Shown here: one piece after another, positions 62,273 to 64,000 of the stretch
Position numbering within the stretch: the first letter of the stretch is position 1
Layout of the letters: every line of letters starts with the position of its first letter
NCBI GenBank assembly: GCA_044892505.1
Contig: CM097883.1
Location: 413,168,001-413,232,000, forward strand
From: Schmidtea nova
Taxonomy: Eukaryota
Length of the DNA stretch: 64,000 nucleotides
Direction: 5' to 3'
Notes under the pieces: generated by a model
Databases searched by the model: none
What the model was told of the DNA's origin: nothing
The model's input: only the letters and a program-made list of their open reading frames with translations
Program-made: the position numbers and the translations under genes

Positions 62273-64000
62273 ATATATATATATATAATTATTATAAATT
62301 ATTATTATTATTAAACTATAAAATAAAAATGGCAATTTATTCAAATAAATAAAAGAACACCATTTTTAAAATATATTATTGCAATATATTTTGACAGCTC
62401 AGTTGTCATCATCAGACTATAAACAAATTCAATAAAATAAAAATTGAAATATATTGTAATAATATATTTTAAAATATGGTGTTCATTTATTTATTATTAT
62501 TATTATTAATTCGATTAATTTTCTTTGAAAAGTTGAAAAGAACCAATTTTTGAAATACTTACTCTAAACGTGTAACCTTTTCCGATAAAGCTGCAATACA
62601 ACTGAAGGTTTGCATGTTTATCCTTGGATGATGAGGTAATTTTAATATCTGGAATTGTAATCATATAATTTTTATAGGATAGAAAAATTTAAAATGGTTT
62701 GTTGATGAATTTTAAAACATGAATAAATAAAAATTTTTATTTTTATTATTATTTTAAAATAATAATTAACAAAATTTATTACTAAAATATTTTAAAGCAA
62801 TTCCAAATTCATGGACATCTACAAATTTAACACTCGACAATGTAAATAATTCCGAATGCGTAAACAGAATCATTATGATGCGTCTACTGGCTAATCCTGG
62901 AATAAAGATTAATTTATTATTTATTTTAAAGTTTGTTTTTTGGCTAATTAATTTGTGATTAAATAAAAGGAAAAGAAATAAGGTTTTGGAATGCACTATT
63001 TTTAAATTAGAAAATACAATTTAAAGTTTTTGTTTAAATATTAAACAATTAGGCAGAATTGCGATTTTAATTGATTATTAGTTTTTAAAATGATTGACTT
63101 TTAGTATAATGATATTTTTATTCGTTGGATATGTTTTCTTCTGCTCGTGCAAATTACTGTCAATTGTTGGTTTTGCAATGGAAATACTAGACTCCCAAAG
63201 GTATTAAAATCTGTTTGACTTGTCCATATTGTGATCAATATAATGGCTTCAAAAATGATGGTGATTATAACAATTGTATTCCGTCTCATTATCATGAAAG
63301 CAAGAATTGTGTGTCATTAGGGAACCAATAAAAGATTAACAATATCAACTGGTACATTTTATGATTCATGTAATAGAAAACCAAACAGAAAAATCGTATT
63401 ATTAAGAAATTTTAAGAAAATGAAAAACTATACAAAAGTTTAAAAAGTACAAAGCATTTAATATTCAATATAATTTGTGTTATGATTGCAACAGAATTGC
63501 GAGTGATAGAATTAATTCAGCTAATGATAGAGTTCTGCAAGATTATATGAAGTGGTCAGTAAAAGAATGCCGTGTGAAAATGAATGAACATCAACAACAG
63601 TTATCGAATATAAAACATTTGAACGTTCTGTCAGTATCAGTAATAAGCCTTTTAAATGATTGCTATTCATTGATGAAATTTGGGGAAACTTCGGCAGAAT
63701 TTTGTATTCATAAATTTACAATTGCTTATCTTTATTGCAATAATCCCATTGGACTGCTGTTTAAACCAATTAAAAAAAGATTTATTACAATAATAAAATT
63801 GTCGATTCTTTTGTGCTTGATTTGTGTTTTTACGAAATTTTCTTTCATGTAAATTGTGTCAGCTGAAAACTGTGTTGTTTGAATGGAGTTGCGTTTTATC
63901 AACCGACAGAGAATAATATGTCTTATTTCAAGACGCAATGTCCAAATGTTTGTAAAATTGTTTCTGTAATAAAATAGAGTATGGTCTGTCATATTTGAAT

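Overview
Very AT-rich eukaryotic (metazoan) genomic DNA with short GT-AG introns (about 47-63 nt), two N-gaps and heavy transposon debris; a flatworm-like genome is plausible but unverified. The main feature is a 10-exon gene for a predicted 922-aa secreted protein (signal peptide, 7 Ig, 3 LDLa, 1 perlecan-type Ig, then stop and AATAAA), present as three intact, near-identical copies: A 5180-8435 (-), B 12684-15937 (+) and C 26355-29607 (+). A and B form a roughly 4.1-kb-arm inverted repeat; B and C form a direct repeat. Other host genes are a RING-finger start running off the left edge, a single-exon Tob gene, a two-repeat DM9 gene with an anomalous intron or stop, and the 3' exons of an EF-hand protein. 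Mobile DNA includes Tigger/pogo, DD41D and IS630/Tc1 elements, hATs and MITEs, Ty3/Gypsy remnants, a Helitron-like end and a Polinton-like polymerase relic. A four-copy fold-back hairpin family is also present; its longest copy carries a minimal hammerhead-ribozyme motif typical of Penelope-like elements. All alignments and counts were done by eye.
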